Shown here: positions 1-10,879 of the stretch, piece by piece
Layout: every line of letters starts with the position of its first letter
How positions within the stretch are numbered: position 1 is the stretch's first letter
The notes under the pieces: generated by a model
What the model was told of the DNA's origin: nothing
The model's input: the letters and a program-made list of their open reading frames with translations, nothing else
Databases searched by the model: none
Translations under genes and position numbers: made by a program
Source of the DNA: Octopus sinensis
Lineage: Eukaryota
Length of the DNA stretch: 41,645 bases
Reading direction: 5' to 3'
Assembly: GCF_006345805.1 (NCBI RefSeq)
Contig: NW_021832934.1
Coordinates: 1 to 41,645, forward strand

Positions 1-1307
1 CTGTGAACATCAATCGCGGTGTATTCCAAGATGATGGCTTTTATACAAAAAAAATTAGGAGCAGCTGGAATGTTTTCAACATCTTGTTCGTATTTTTTCA
101 AAGGATTTGAAGAAGTTTCCTATGTTTATAATGAAACGAGGAAGATTTGAAGGATCGGGCAAAGAATGAAATTAGTTGAGAAAGGACCAGTATTTCGGTA
201 TAGAGAAGGTAGATGAAATAAAACATGACTTTCTGAGGCAAACTGCAAGTAGAGATTATGGAAGAGTGTGGAAAATGTTACAGGCAAGACTGAATTTGAA
301 TCAAGATCAATGATCAGACATGGAGCTGATATTGTGGGTTGGGAAAGAGGCAAGATACAGAAACTTAACTGTAAAACTAGAAAACTGTTGACCCCGTACA
401 GAACCCACCAACGGGTGGAAGAGGCTTGATTAGGGGGGGGATTGTGTGCAAATGGAATGAAATAGCAAAGAAAAAGTTACTAAAGATAGTGAATAAAGGA
501 CATGCGATTAGGACTTGAAAAATGGGAAAAAGACAAAAATGAAATTAAAAAAGAAAATGTTGAAGAGATTGAAGAGAAATCGTTACATGGTCGGTTTTGG
601 TTAACCACTGAGGACGTGAAACAAGAGAAACTGTGCTTGGATGAAAAGGAGACTTCTGGAAAGGAAATGATAGCTTTTTAACAGCAGGTCAAGATCAAGC
701 ACTACGAATCGGCAACTTGAGATAATGTGTATTGAGAAAAGGTGTCAACAGACGTAGAGTGTGCGGAATTGTGGATGAAACAATGGCACCCGTTGTTGCA
801 GTATGTCCTAAGTTAACCCAGAAAGAATGTAAGAAGTGGAGAAATGATTAAGTTGTAAAAGTTTTACGAAGGAAGCTTTGCCAAAGGAAGCCTTGCTACA
901 ATCCTCAGGTAGGAAGGGCACTTTAGTCAGAAACATGCAAGATTTGGTGAGGTTTTCCTATTCAAATGGATAAGAAGATAGGCCACAACAAGCCAGATAT
1001 TACAGTAATAGCTATGGAAAATCGAATTGGCCTTGTAATTGATCTGTAATGTCCATTTAATTCTAGGATTCTGAAGAAAGTAGATGAAAAGTGGAAAAAA
1101 TACAACGCCTTACAATCTGAGATTACGAGGATTTGGAGTATGAAATCTGGAAAGATTTTACCTGTGGTAATCGGTGCATTAGAAACGCTAAGTAATGAAA
1201 TAGACAAATGGATAAAGGAAACTGGAATGGAATGTACGGAAAGGTTTCTACAGATGGTTTGCCTGATAAGAACAGGAAAAATCATCAGAAGGATTTCGAG
1301 CACTTGA
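1..1307 (+). mobile_element. Decayed 3' part of an RLE-type non-LTR retrotransposon (R4/Dong-like): RT remnant, CCHC knuckle, restriction-like endonuclease
   Basis: Frameshifted translation gives VNINRGVFQDD (RT IxRGIFQGD motif), IRHGADIVGW, EEKSLHGRFW, TAGQDQALR, a CRVCGIVDETMAPVVAVCPKLTQKEC knuckle remnant, then FPIQMDKKIGHNKPDITV...IDL*CPF...EKWKKY...PVVIGAL...IIRRISST* (PD-(D/E)xK endonuclease); stop at 1305-1307. Many stops and frameshifts; truncated by the window edge. Confidence 0.88.
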
Positions 1308-1374
1308 TGACTTATTTAAATCATGTGGACATAATAATGCCGATGTTGACAAAGCCCTTACCTATCAATAGTTA

Positions 1375-2200
1375 GTGTCTTCTGGCTTAACATCAGATAC
1401 AAAAGGGTTTATCACAGCAGCCCAAGATCAATGCCTACCTACAAGGAATTACCAGGCCAACATATTAAAGAACGGCAGCTGCCCAACATGTGTATGTCAG
1501 CAACAAAATGAAGCCATTGATCATGTTGACTCCATGTGCAGTCTTCTTGCGCCTACAGAGTATCTCAACAGGCATGATAGAGCAGCACAATATATTCAAT
1601 GGGTAATTTGCAAAAACCTGGACTTGGCCCATGATAAAAGCTGGTGGGAACACAAACCACCTTCAGTGCTTGAAAATGATCACATCTCACTCCTCTGGAA
1701 TTTCACCGTTCAAACTAACAGAAAGATAGATGCGAATAGGCCAGACAAAAATCATGCCTTCTCATTGATATGACAGTCCCAATCGACTTAAATGTATCTT
1801 TCAAGACCTACCAAAAACTGAGCAAGATCTTGAAATAGAAATTGGCAAAATGTGGAACCTCGAGACTAAAACAATACCTGTTGTCATAGGTGCCTGAGAA
1901 ATGATAGCAAAATGGGTTGATTCTTACATACCTCAGATACCAGGAAACCCCAAAATGGCAGAAATTCAAAAGATAGTGCTCATGGGAACTGCCCATATCC
2001 TACGTAAAATACAGTCTATGTAATCTAAAATTTTAAAACAAACTTATAATTTTCTTATGTTTTCTTAAACATTCTCTAGAACAATAATATGTGCAAAACC
2101 AAATATATGACACCCTAGGCATAACATCAACATGAACTTCCAACTTGTCTCTTGAGGTCTCTGGGTGAGACTTGGAGCCAACTTGTACAAATACAAAGCA
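1375..2200 (+). mobile_element. Second, different RLE-type (R4/Dong-like) LINE 3' end with 3' UTR, in tandem with the first
   Basis: ORF 1375-1773: GFITAAQDQCLPTRNYQANI...CPTCVCQQQNEAIDHVDSMCSLLAPTEYLNRHD...WWEHKPPSVLEN...LLWNFTVQTNRKIDANRPD. After a frameshift: DLEIEIGKMWNLETKTIPVVIGA*...IQKIVLMGTAHILRKIQSM* (stop 2021-2023). An AT-rich 3' UTR follows to about 2200. Confidence 0.9.
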
Positions 2201-2211
2201 GTGTAGCACAG

Positions 2212-2388
2212 AACGTAACAAGGCCGGCCCTTTGAAATACCGGTACAACTCATTTCTGCCAGCTGAGTGGAGTGGAGCAAAGAGAAATAAAGTGTCTTGC
2301 TCAAGGACAGAACGCGTCGCCGAGAACTGAACTCAATACCTTAGGACCGTGAGCCAAACATCCTAACCACTAAGCCACGCGCCTTCAC
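2212..2388 (-). mobile_element. tRNA-derived SINE, head and core fragment
   Basis: Minus strand has A-box TGGCTTAGTGG, B-box-like GAGTTCAGTTC and core TGTCCTTGAGCAAGACACTTTATTTC, shared with the copies at 2882-3233 and 6985-7270. Confidence 0.8.
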
Positions 2389-2426
2389 ACACACGCACAT
2401 ACACACTCATATATATATGAATTATT

Positions 2427-2427
<1 letters not shown>

Positions 2428-2515
<88 letters not shown>

Positions 2516-2517
2516 TA

Positions 2518-2548
<31 letters not shown>
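2428..2548. repeat. Compound microsatellite (TAG)n-(CAG)n-(TAG)n
   Basis: Direct reading; source of the poly-S/T/A pseudo-ORFs. Confidence 0.95.
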
Positions 2549-2659
2549 TGTCTGCTGAAGATACAGTGTGACTTCAGGGCGGAAAGATTCCTGCGTTGGC
2601 ACATCTCGAATATCTCGGCCCTTGTGTCCTGTGCCGCCTTATTATTATTGATGTGTATG

Positions 2660-2692
<33 letters not shown>

Positions 2693-2818
2693 TGTGTGTG
2701 TGTGTGAGTAATTATATATACAAGGAAGCACATAAATGCAAGACAAGACGGAGAAAAATATACTCAAATACCGAAAGTAGAGCAATATGCATTTATTAAA
2801 ACCTGAAAGTCTAATCGA

Positions 2819-2855
2819 TGTTACTCAGAGTTTTCTGCTATCGTTTGTCGGACAG
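2819..2855 (-). ncRNA. Decayed hammerhead-like motif (C4 family, same as 7368-7401)
   Basis: Minus strand: ctgt CCGACAA a cgatagca GAAA actctgag TA aca; shares ctgtccgac..aacg...gaaa.ct..gagtaacat with 7368-7401. Helix II is poor. Confidence 0.35.
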
Positions 2856-2881
2856 TTGTGGTCATAGGAATATATATATAT

Positions 2882-3233
2882 AAAGGACAGCCCTTGATCA
2901 TGAATGGCCATGGAATTGCACCTAGAAAGTTCCCCTCCGAGGCACACGTTTAGGCAAGGTTGTTTATAGAAGACCAGCAGTCAGCCATGCATGCCGGTTC
3001 TCCCCTCTCCACACGACTGATGCTATCCAAAGGAAAGGCAAAGGGGCAAAGGGGCAAAGGGGCAACGCAGCTTGACACAACGTCACAACTCATTTCTACA
3101 GCTGAGTGAACTGGAGCAACGAGAAATAAAGTGTCTTGCTCAAGAACACAACACACAGCTCGGTCCGGGAATCAAACTCACTACCTCGTGACTGTGAGTC
3201 CGACGCTCTAACCACTGAGCCATGCGTCTTCCA
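2882..3233 (-). mobile_element. tRNA-derived SINE, near full length
   Basis: Minus-strand head TGGCTCAGTGG (A-box) ... GAGTTTGATTCCC (B-box), then core TGTTCTTGAGCAAGACACTT. Confidence 0.8.
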
Positions 3234-3260
3234 TTGATATATTTATATATAAATATAATG

Positions 3261-3312
3261 AATAACAGACGATGGATATTTGCCAGCTGACAATTATCCA
3301 TCGTCTGTTATT
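3261..3312. repeat. Perfect 18-bp inverted repeat with 16-nt loop
   Basis: AATAACAGACGATGGATA (3261-3278) and TATCCATCGTCTGTTATT (3295-3312). Confidence 0.9.
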
Positions 3313-3660
3313 ATTCATTTGGTTAAAATACTCAAAGGGGATTTACGGTTTGTCGGAGGACACCCTAGAGTATGCCAACAACGTACAATCAACGTAACGC
3401 GTTATTTGAACCAACCCCTTTAGGCGCTAAATACCCATAGGGTCGGTTTTCTTTGAGTACATAACCGAAATATCCTATTTGATACTTACCAACTGTAGGC
3501 CGGAACCACACGTTTATCAACCCTACCTGGTGCATATCTTTTCAAATACCGGATTCTCTCTGAATTCTTCTTCTTCTTCTTCTTCTTCTCTTCTTCTTCT
3601 TCTTATTATTATTATTATTATTATATTATTATTATTATTATTGATTATTGTATTATTTAT

Positions 3661-4126
3661 TGATGAGAGAGCAGTTCATGCCATCAAAGTGACACTGGGG
3701 TAAAATATAACGAAGCCCAATATACCCATCATGACTACCCGTCTGATAAGGGCACCTAGGCACATGCATCACAACCATATGTGCGCGACATGGTGATCTC
3801 ATATCAAGATAAGCTGCACATGACCTTGCAGGTGGGGCCCAGTTAGAATTTTCTTCAGGTTGAGTAGCCCATCCCGCTCAAACGGTCCCTGAATAGGATT
3901 TTTTAGGATGTTGAAAAAACCACCCATGTCTCCAGAGGTGAATTATTCAAACCCCAAAGAATCCCTCTCAACACATGGCTATGATGCTCCCCCACTACTT
4001 CTGCTCGTGATCAGAGATGCACATATCGTCAGCCACTAAGGGACATGCTCAACTGGTTAGGTCAACAACTGACAAGCAAATCTGTGGTATTGAGCAGAAT
4101 ATTTGCTGTAGCCCATCTTTTATACT
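3661..4126 (-). mobile_element. Non-coding ~465-bp interspersed element embedded in a (TAA)n microsatellite
   Basis: Homologous to 35993-36395 and 37102-37235; flanked on both sides by (TAT)n tracts (3603-3660 and 4126-4232); no ORF and no A/B boxes seen. Orientation is inferred from an assumed (AAT)n tail. Confidence 0.75.
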
Positions 4127-4179
4127 ATTATTCATTATATATTATTATTATTAATTTATTATTATTTTATTTTTAAATA

Positions 4180-4234
<55 letters not shown>

Positions 4235-4379
4235 CACAAAATATCGTTCACAGGTGTTATAAACGATTGGGTACGCTAGGTAAGTGGTGTAACAGATTAC
4301 TGGGGCTCCAAGGTTATATCCGGGACGATAGTTCTGGAGCCATTGCAGATTTCCGATATAGCGGATATACAATTGTCAA

Positions 4380-4533
4380 AGAGGACAACAAACGTTAAGG
4401 GGCAAGACAAACATCTCAAGTCAAATACATTATCATTTTTTTTTCAATACAAATTATTTTTCCAATATTTTTTCCAATAATAATAATGTATATGCTTTGA
4501 GATGTTTGACTTGTCTTAACGTTTTTGCCCTCT
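4380..4533. repeat. Imperfect ~40-bp inverted repeat (old foldback/MITE-like)
   Basis: agaggacaacaaacgttaaggggcaagacaaacatctcaa pairs imperfectly with ttgagatgtttgacttgtcttaacgtttttgccctct across an AT-rich spacer. Confidence 0.55.
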
Positions 4534-4559
4534 AAGAATTATATATATATATATATATA

Positions 4560-4965
4560 TACTCTTTTACTCTTTTACTTGTTTCAGTCATTTGACTGCG
4601 GCCATACTGGAGCATCGCCTTTAGTCGAGCAAATCGACCCCGGGACTTATTCTTTGTAAGCCCAGTACTTATTCTATGGGTCTCTTTTGCCAAACCGCTA
4701 AGTCACGGGGACGTAAACACACCAGCATCGGTTGTCAATCAATGCTAGGGGGACAAACACAGACATACACACACACATACACACACACATATATATATAT
4801 ACGACAGGCTTCTTTCAGTTTCCGTCTACCAAATCCACTCACAAGGCATTGGTCGGCCCGGGGCTATAGCAGAAGACACTTGCCCAAGATGCCACGCAGT
4901 GGGACTGAACCCGGAACCATGTGGTTGGTTAGCAAGCTACTTACCACACAGCCACTCCTGCGCCT
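4560..4965 (-). mobile_element. tRNA-derived SINE (long family), full length
   Basis: Minus-strand head GGCGCAGGAGTGGCTGTGTGG (A-box), GGTTCAGTCCC (B-box), CORE-like CTTGGGCAAGTGTCTT, an internal microsatellite and tail ...ACAAGTAAAAGAGTAAAAGAG. Homologous to copies at 13283, 14655, 20575, 21830 and 40925. Confidence 0.88.
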
Positions 4966-5409
4966 ATATATACGGAAAATAATGTCATTAGCAGATGATT
5001 TGGTTCACTTACTGTGTTTCGGTTTCAATATTGTAAAGTATGAGAGTATATCTATAGATTTTAGTTGTCTAAAAGTTTATGCATGTATCCTGTATTGGAA
5101 TATGGTTTATCATACTTCGGATATTTAGCTTTTTCGTTTGTTTTTGTTTATTTTGTTTTCTTATCGTCCCTCAGTTAAGTTCGATGCATCCAAGTTATTT
5201 TAGATGAGGAAACATGTGTGTTATACGCGTTGATGTCGTGGTGTAAATGTGCAACTGATCACATACTTGATAACAATAAAAGGTAGAAAATTTACATCGA
5301 TACAATCGTCGCTACACGGAGTTTCATCATTCTCCATCTTGTACATGTATATAAGTGTAATATATACACATTGGCTGTGTATGAACGAGTGCGCCAGAAC
5401 AAATGTAAA

Positions 5410-5460
5410 TGATTATGAATATATGAATATATATATATTTATTGTATGTATATATATGTA

Positions 5461-5495
<35 letters not shown>

Positions 5496-5649
5496 CATAA
5501 TATATACATATAAATGTATACATATATAATAAATATATATATATATTTATTATGTATGTATATATATATATATATATAACATATATATATAATATAAATG
5601 TATACATATATAAATAAATATATATATATATTTATTTATTATGTATATA

Positions 5650-5702
<53 letters not shown>

Positions 5703-6310
5703 CATATAATGTATACATATATAAATAAATATATATATATACATACACACACATTTACACACACATGTATATATATATGCAGGTGTGTACGTGTGTGTGT
5801 GGTGTTTGTGCATGCGTGCGTGTTTACTGTATATGCATATACAAATATATTCATCTATATATAAATCTATATATTCGTATATATTTTGATATATTTGCAC
5901 ACATTAGTTTACGTTATAGAATACAGACGTGTGCGTGTGTGTGTGTGTGTGTGTGTGCGTGTGCGTTTATGTATACACTCACTGAAATATATTGTATGTA
6001 TGTGTATGAGCTTGCTTGTGTCCGTCATATACAAATAAACAACATACACATATATAAATACAAGCATATATACATTCACGCACGGATCTACATGTGTTTG
6101 CGTGTGTATACAGGTATATATAAATAAGTACACATACACATGTATATGTACGTATGTATATAAACATAGACACATATACACCTATAAATATAATAAATAT
6201 ATTTACAAATGTGTGTGTGTATACTCACACAAACACATACATAGATACACCTACATATATATGTCTCTCTATGTGTGTATATAAATATATACATACATAT
6301 ATAAATGCCA
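5410..6310. repeat. (TA)n/(CA)n low-complexity field with internal block duplications
   Basis: Direct reading; the block tgtatacatatata..aataaatatatatatat recurs near 5515, 5600 and 5710. Confidence 0.9.
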
Positions 6311-6779
6311 AAGTCTAGATAAGATGGATACGGAGATATACTTGCGCCGTACACCATATTTCGTTGCTACACCGAATGTATTTCCTAACTGATGTACATT
6401 AATTAATTTAGCGTTTAAGCAACAGCTGATGTTATGCTTTCTTTTCATTTAGCGTTCCCGGTTTGGGAAGATCTTTCACTGATAACGTCCCGTCTTCTTC
6501 ATAACTTGTTAGCTTGTATTTCCACGCAATATTTGCTCCAAGACGCACACATACATACATACATACATACATACATACATACATACATACATACATACAT
6601 ACATAAATGCATGCACACACACACATGGATATTTGTATATAATCATTTATGTATATATCTATATGTGTATACATAAATTTTTTATATACGTAAGTATATG
6701 AACATTATTTAAACATACATATTTATGTAAGTATATATATATATATATGTGGATATGCATAAACTTATTTTTGTACATG

Positions 6780-6811
<32 letters not shown>

Positions 6812-6984
6812 TGTATGTATGTATGTATGTATGTATATGTATATGTTCACTGTGTATAGATATGTAATATAGATGAGTTTGTGTGCAAATGTATATGTGT
6901 GTTATAAGTACATCTATATATATATATATTTATATATATATATATATACATATATACATATGTGTGTGTGTGTATGCGTGAATG

Positions 6985-7270
6985 TGAATGGTTTAGCGAT
7001 TAGTGTGTTGCACTCACGATTGCGAGATCATGGGTTCGATTTCCATGCCGGGCTTACGTTGTGTTCTTGAGCAAAGAACTTTATTTCACGTTGTTCTGCG
7101 ATCATTTCGTCATCTGACATGTGGCACACAGTTCACCTGTACAGGTAATGTGAGCTTAGGTGTACACAAACACTTGATCACTAAAAGAAATCAACTATGT
7201 GGTTTTTCGTTAAGAAACTGTCCAACCCGCATACGTCGTCTAACGACGCGAGAGTCCACTCCTATGTGTA
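6985..7270 (+). mobile_element. tRNA-derived SINE, diverged
   Basis: A-box-like TGGTTTAGCGATTAG, B-box GGTTCGATTTCC, core TGTGTTCTTGAGCAAAGAACTT. Confidence 0.7.
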
Positions 7271-7367
7271 TGCATATATAATATTATATATAGATATATA
7301 TAATAATATATATATATTATTTATCTATATATATATATAGATATATATATATATATATAAGCAAAAC

Positions 7368-7401
7368 TGTCCGACGAACGGAACCGGAAACTAGAGTAAC
7401 A
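7368..7401 (+). ncRNA. Minimal type I hammerhead-like motif, U4C core variant
   Basis: TGT CCGACGA A CGG-aa-CCG GAAA CTAGAG TA ACA: 3-bp helix I, very short helix II, GUA cleavage triplet; sits in an ~90-bp unit between (TA)n tracts. Confidence 0.45.
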
Positions 7402-7492
7402 TTTTTGTTGAATTTTCTGCTGCTTTAAATAAATATATATATATATTTATATATATATATATATATTATATATATATAATATATATATATAG

Positions 7493-7523
<31 letters not shown>

Positions 7524-7677
7524 TATATAATATATTGAATATATATCGGCATATGAATATATATATATATATATCTATTATATATATATTTAAAAATTAA
7601 GGGTAGAAATTGATATTAGTCAATTAAAACCAGTGGTCTAGCACATTAAAAAGAATCCGAAGATTAAAATATTTATA

Positions 7678-7898
7678 TATACCATTAGGCTGAACACGAA
7701 AAGGTACAGTCAACATGCTAGATATAGACGTCAAATCGCATTCTCCACAAAGATCTTGTTCTCAATAAAATAAAAATAAATTTTATTTTAATTTTTATTT
7801 TTATTTTATTTTATTTGAGAACAAATCTTTGTGGAGATGGCGATTTGATCTATATCTAGCATGTGACTGTCCCCCTTTTCGTGTTCAGTCCTTAATTG

Positions 7899-7901
<3 letters not shown>
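7678..7901. repeat. Inverted repeat, ~100-bp arms, ending in CCTTAATTGTAT
   Basis: ggctgaacacgaaaagg.acagtca.catgctagatataga..tcaaatcgc..tctccacaaagat.ttgttctcaa is mirrored at about 7810-7901; A/T-rich centre; (TA)n flanks. Confidence 0.85.
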
Positions 7902-7929
<28 letters not shown>

Positions 7930-8420
7930 CTATACATATATATACATATACATATACATATTATATATATATATATATATATATATTCATATGCATATAT
8001 ATGTGTGTGGGTGTGGGTTTTGTTTTCTTCTTTTTTAAAATGTTAAGATCGACAGAAAAGTACAAAGTGTGTGATTGATGGAAAGTATTGAAACCGTGAT
8101 ACACGAAACTCTGGACCAACGAATCACTGATTGCTTTTCTTCTTTCTTTCCGCCATACATGATCTGACCTTACCTGGTCAAATGTCCTTCTGTGGCAGTT
8201 TGGGGCCTCTTCTTACTTCCTGCTTCATCGTCTGACCCTTCTCCAGCGCTGGTCTTTCAATCTCTCAAAACAATCATTTATTTGGTTAAGATTTCCTTAA
8301 CTGGCGTTCAAATGCTGCAGTTCGACACTACATGTGTGTGTGTGTGTGTGTGTGGTGTGTGTGTGTTTGTGTGTGCCTGCGGCTGTGTGCGTGCGTGCAT
8401 GCCAACGTGCGTGCGTGTTC

Positions 8421-8459
<39 letters not shown>

Positions 8460-8524
8460 CAAATAAAGTGTTTCGTTTCTTGCATAGAATTTATATCGGT
8501 TTCAAACATTTGAGCAGAAGGTCA

Positions 8525-8700
8525 GCAATCTGAGGGGAAAGGTTAAGACGATTATGTTGACCCCAGTGCTCAAATGGCATTTATTTCATCGACCTCGTTG
8601 GAATCTGTATTCAGAACGTAAAGACGGACGAAATGCCGCAACGCATTTTGTCCGGCGTGCTAACGATTTAGACAACGCGCTACCTTGCATATATTTTATA
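8525..8700 (-). mobile_element. SINE fragment (ggcggcgagctggcagaa family), internally deleted
   Basis: Reverse complement aligns by eye to 23349-23580. Confidence 0.65.
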
Positions 8701-8895
8701 TCAAAGACATTTCTACGTGTGAGTTTAATACATTTTAACTAAGACTCTTCCGTAATTGTAATTTGTCCTTTGCGTTTATATCAAAACAATTAATGAGCGA
8801 ATGTAAATCCGTTAACGCTTTGAGACTCGTTCCAGTTCCATTTTTAACACGTGATGCTAAATAATGGTACGTTTGTGTTTCCCTGCACTTTTCAG

Positions 8896-8970
8896 TATGT
8901 TGCAAAGTATCATGGCAATTGTGTTGTCACTGACAAAATAATCAGCGCTGTTTTTGATGATTATACAACG
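8896..8970 (+). CDS. Internal coding exon (75 bp, phase 0-0) of an unidentified host gene: YVAKYHGNCVVTDKIISAVFDDYTT
   Basis: Acceptor tttgtgtttccctgcacttttCAG|, branch-like tgctaa about 40 nt upstream, donor ACG|GTAAGT, open frame of 25 codons, unique non-repeat sequence. Confidence 0.72.
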
Positions 8971-9155
8971 GTAAGTTTTGTTAGCATCAACGATGATTTT
9001 ATAGGTGATGAATGTATTGATCTTTGGTTTGCAATTTGGTTTTAATATTTGTGGAATTCTATATAGAATAACATAAGGAACACAAGGATGGTTGCTTCTT
9101 GTCGTTTGATTATATATTTACAACAAGTAGTTAATGCAGTACAGTACACAGACTA

Positions 9156-9540
9156 TAGTGGAAGCACTCCGTCGGTTACGACGATGAGGGTTCCGGTTGA
9201 TCCGATCAACGGAACAGCCTGCTCGTGAAATTTACGTGTAAGTGGCTGAGCACTCCACAGACACGTCTACCCTTAACGTAGTTCTCGGGGATATTCAGCG
9301 TGACACAGAGAGTGACAAGGCCGGCCCTTTGAAATACAGGTACAATAGAAATAGGAAGTAAGAGTGAGAGAAAGTTGTGGTGAAAAGGTACAGCCGGGAT
9401 CACCACCATCCCCTGCCAGAGCCTCGAGGAGCTTTAGGTGTTTTCGCTCAATAAACACTCACAACGCCCGGTCTGGGAATCGAAACCGCGATCCTACAAC
9501 CGCGAGTCCGCAGCCCTAACCACTGGGCCATTGCGCCTCC
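9156..9540 (-). mobile_element. Full-length tRNA-derived SINE with target-site duplication
   Basis: Minus-strand head GGAGGCGCAATGGCCCAGTGG (A-box) ... GGTTTCGATTCCC (B-box); flanked by direct repeat ACAGTACACAGACTA (9141-9155 and 9541-9555). Confidence 0.9.
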
Positions 9541-10398
9541 ACAGTACACAGACTAAAACTGGATAAAAGGAACACTAGTTAACAGCATAAAATCAAACAG
9601 AGCTCAGCTTCTATGATTTTAGAATGTGGCGTTAAGAATTTTAAACAATCATAATTGAAGCAGTGTTAAACTATAATAACCATCAGTGTACACTATTGAG
9701 CGATAGGATATTCGTCTGAGAGAAAATCTTTTCCAAGACACTATGTTTTAAGAACACAATATATATTGAAATGAGGCAAGCGGCATCGGTAGAATTATTC
9801 ACGGGAACGTGAGAAGCGGTTCGGCTTTTGGGCCGCCTCAATGACGTATATCTAGTTGTCACATGCTCAGACGGAACTTGTCCTCTCTGATATATAGGAC
9901 ACTATAAGTAATACATTCACTGATACTGCAGAAAGCATGTCAGTAGCTTGTATACATCATTGGCAAAGCCCAAATAGGCCGAATCGCCTCTGGCATTCAC
10001 GTGAGTTGCTGATGGGACGACTTTTGCTTCATTCCGATATAGTTATTGAAATTTTACACAACATCTCACTGAGGATATTTCGCCTCAAGCAAAACCACAG
10101 CTTATGCCTTTCAAACGGGTACGATAACAAAGTGTCTATTTCAATCCAATGTTATTTCAGTTGCTAACACCAAGAATATCAGAATATCAACGAAGACATC
10201 ATTTACTGTTTCTTATATATCGAAGTGAACAAATTTCTTCTAGGCATGTTATTAGCAACTATTGACAAAACCCAAGACGATCGAAACACGCCTGACATTC
10301 CCGTAAGTCACTACTGGGACGATGTTCACTTCATTCCAATGTCTATTACGTTTTTGTTTTTCTTTTACTAACATGCCTCTGAAAAGATTTTCTTTCAG

Positions 10399-10428
10399 AC
10401 AAAACCCACAGGACCACGTCTGTTCACA
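10399..10428 (+). CDS. 30-bp coding micro-exon (phase 0-0): TKPTGPRLFT
   Basis: Perfect branch point TACTAAC (10366-10372), acceptor attttctttCAG|, donor ACA|GTAAGTAT; in frame with exon 8896-8970. Confidence 0.75.
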
Positions 10429-10520
10429 GTAAGTATGCATTATTTATGGTACACACACGTTTATTTTATTTCCAGTAGCACTCCCATGATATTTTCGCAA
10501 CACCATTATTGCCTCTCAGG

Positions 10521-10566
10521 TTTTCCTGATGATGGAGAAGTGAAAGTCTCGAAATAATAATGAAAT
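10521..10566 (+). ncRNA. Decayed hammerhead-like remnant
   Basis: CTGATGA (10526-10532) tg GAGA-agtgaaag-TCTC GAAA (10551-10554); helix III and the cleavage triplet are not recoverable. Confidence 0.3.
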
Positions 10567-10697
10567 GTTGGATTTAAGAACGTTACAAATCCAAAATCTT
10601 CAATAAAACTAACAGACCTACACATAGACGTTATATAAGAATACAACAAGCTGTTACATGCACACACACACACACACACACACACAGATATATGTAC

Positions 10698-10769
<72 letters not shown>

Positions 10770-10879
10770 AATATATATATATATATATATTTCATATCTA
10801 GTTTCAGCTCACGAGATGTGGCCATACTGGGGCACTGCCATTTGGTGTTGCTACATAATTTTACTTCACGAATGCTTTT

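Noticed and set aside
4865-4965. tRNA genes at A-box/B-box sites (here and at other SINE heads)
   Set aside because: No complete cloverleaf; each continues into SINE core and tail sequence.
8173-8260. Minus-strand strong donor CAG|GTAAGG with protein-like upstream text (SAGEGSDDEAGSKKRP)
   Set aside because: In-frame stop immediately upstream and no credible acceptor.
8905-8925. AKYHGN match to the fatty-acid synthase thioesterase region (from memory)
   Set aside because: Six-residue coincidence; flanking residues do not align, so no gene symbol was assigned.
10260-10305. TTGACAA...GAAACACG hammerhead-like spacing
   Set aside because: Helices I and II cannot form, and there is no NUH site.
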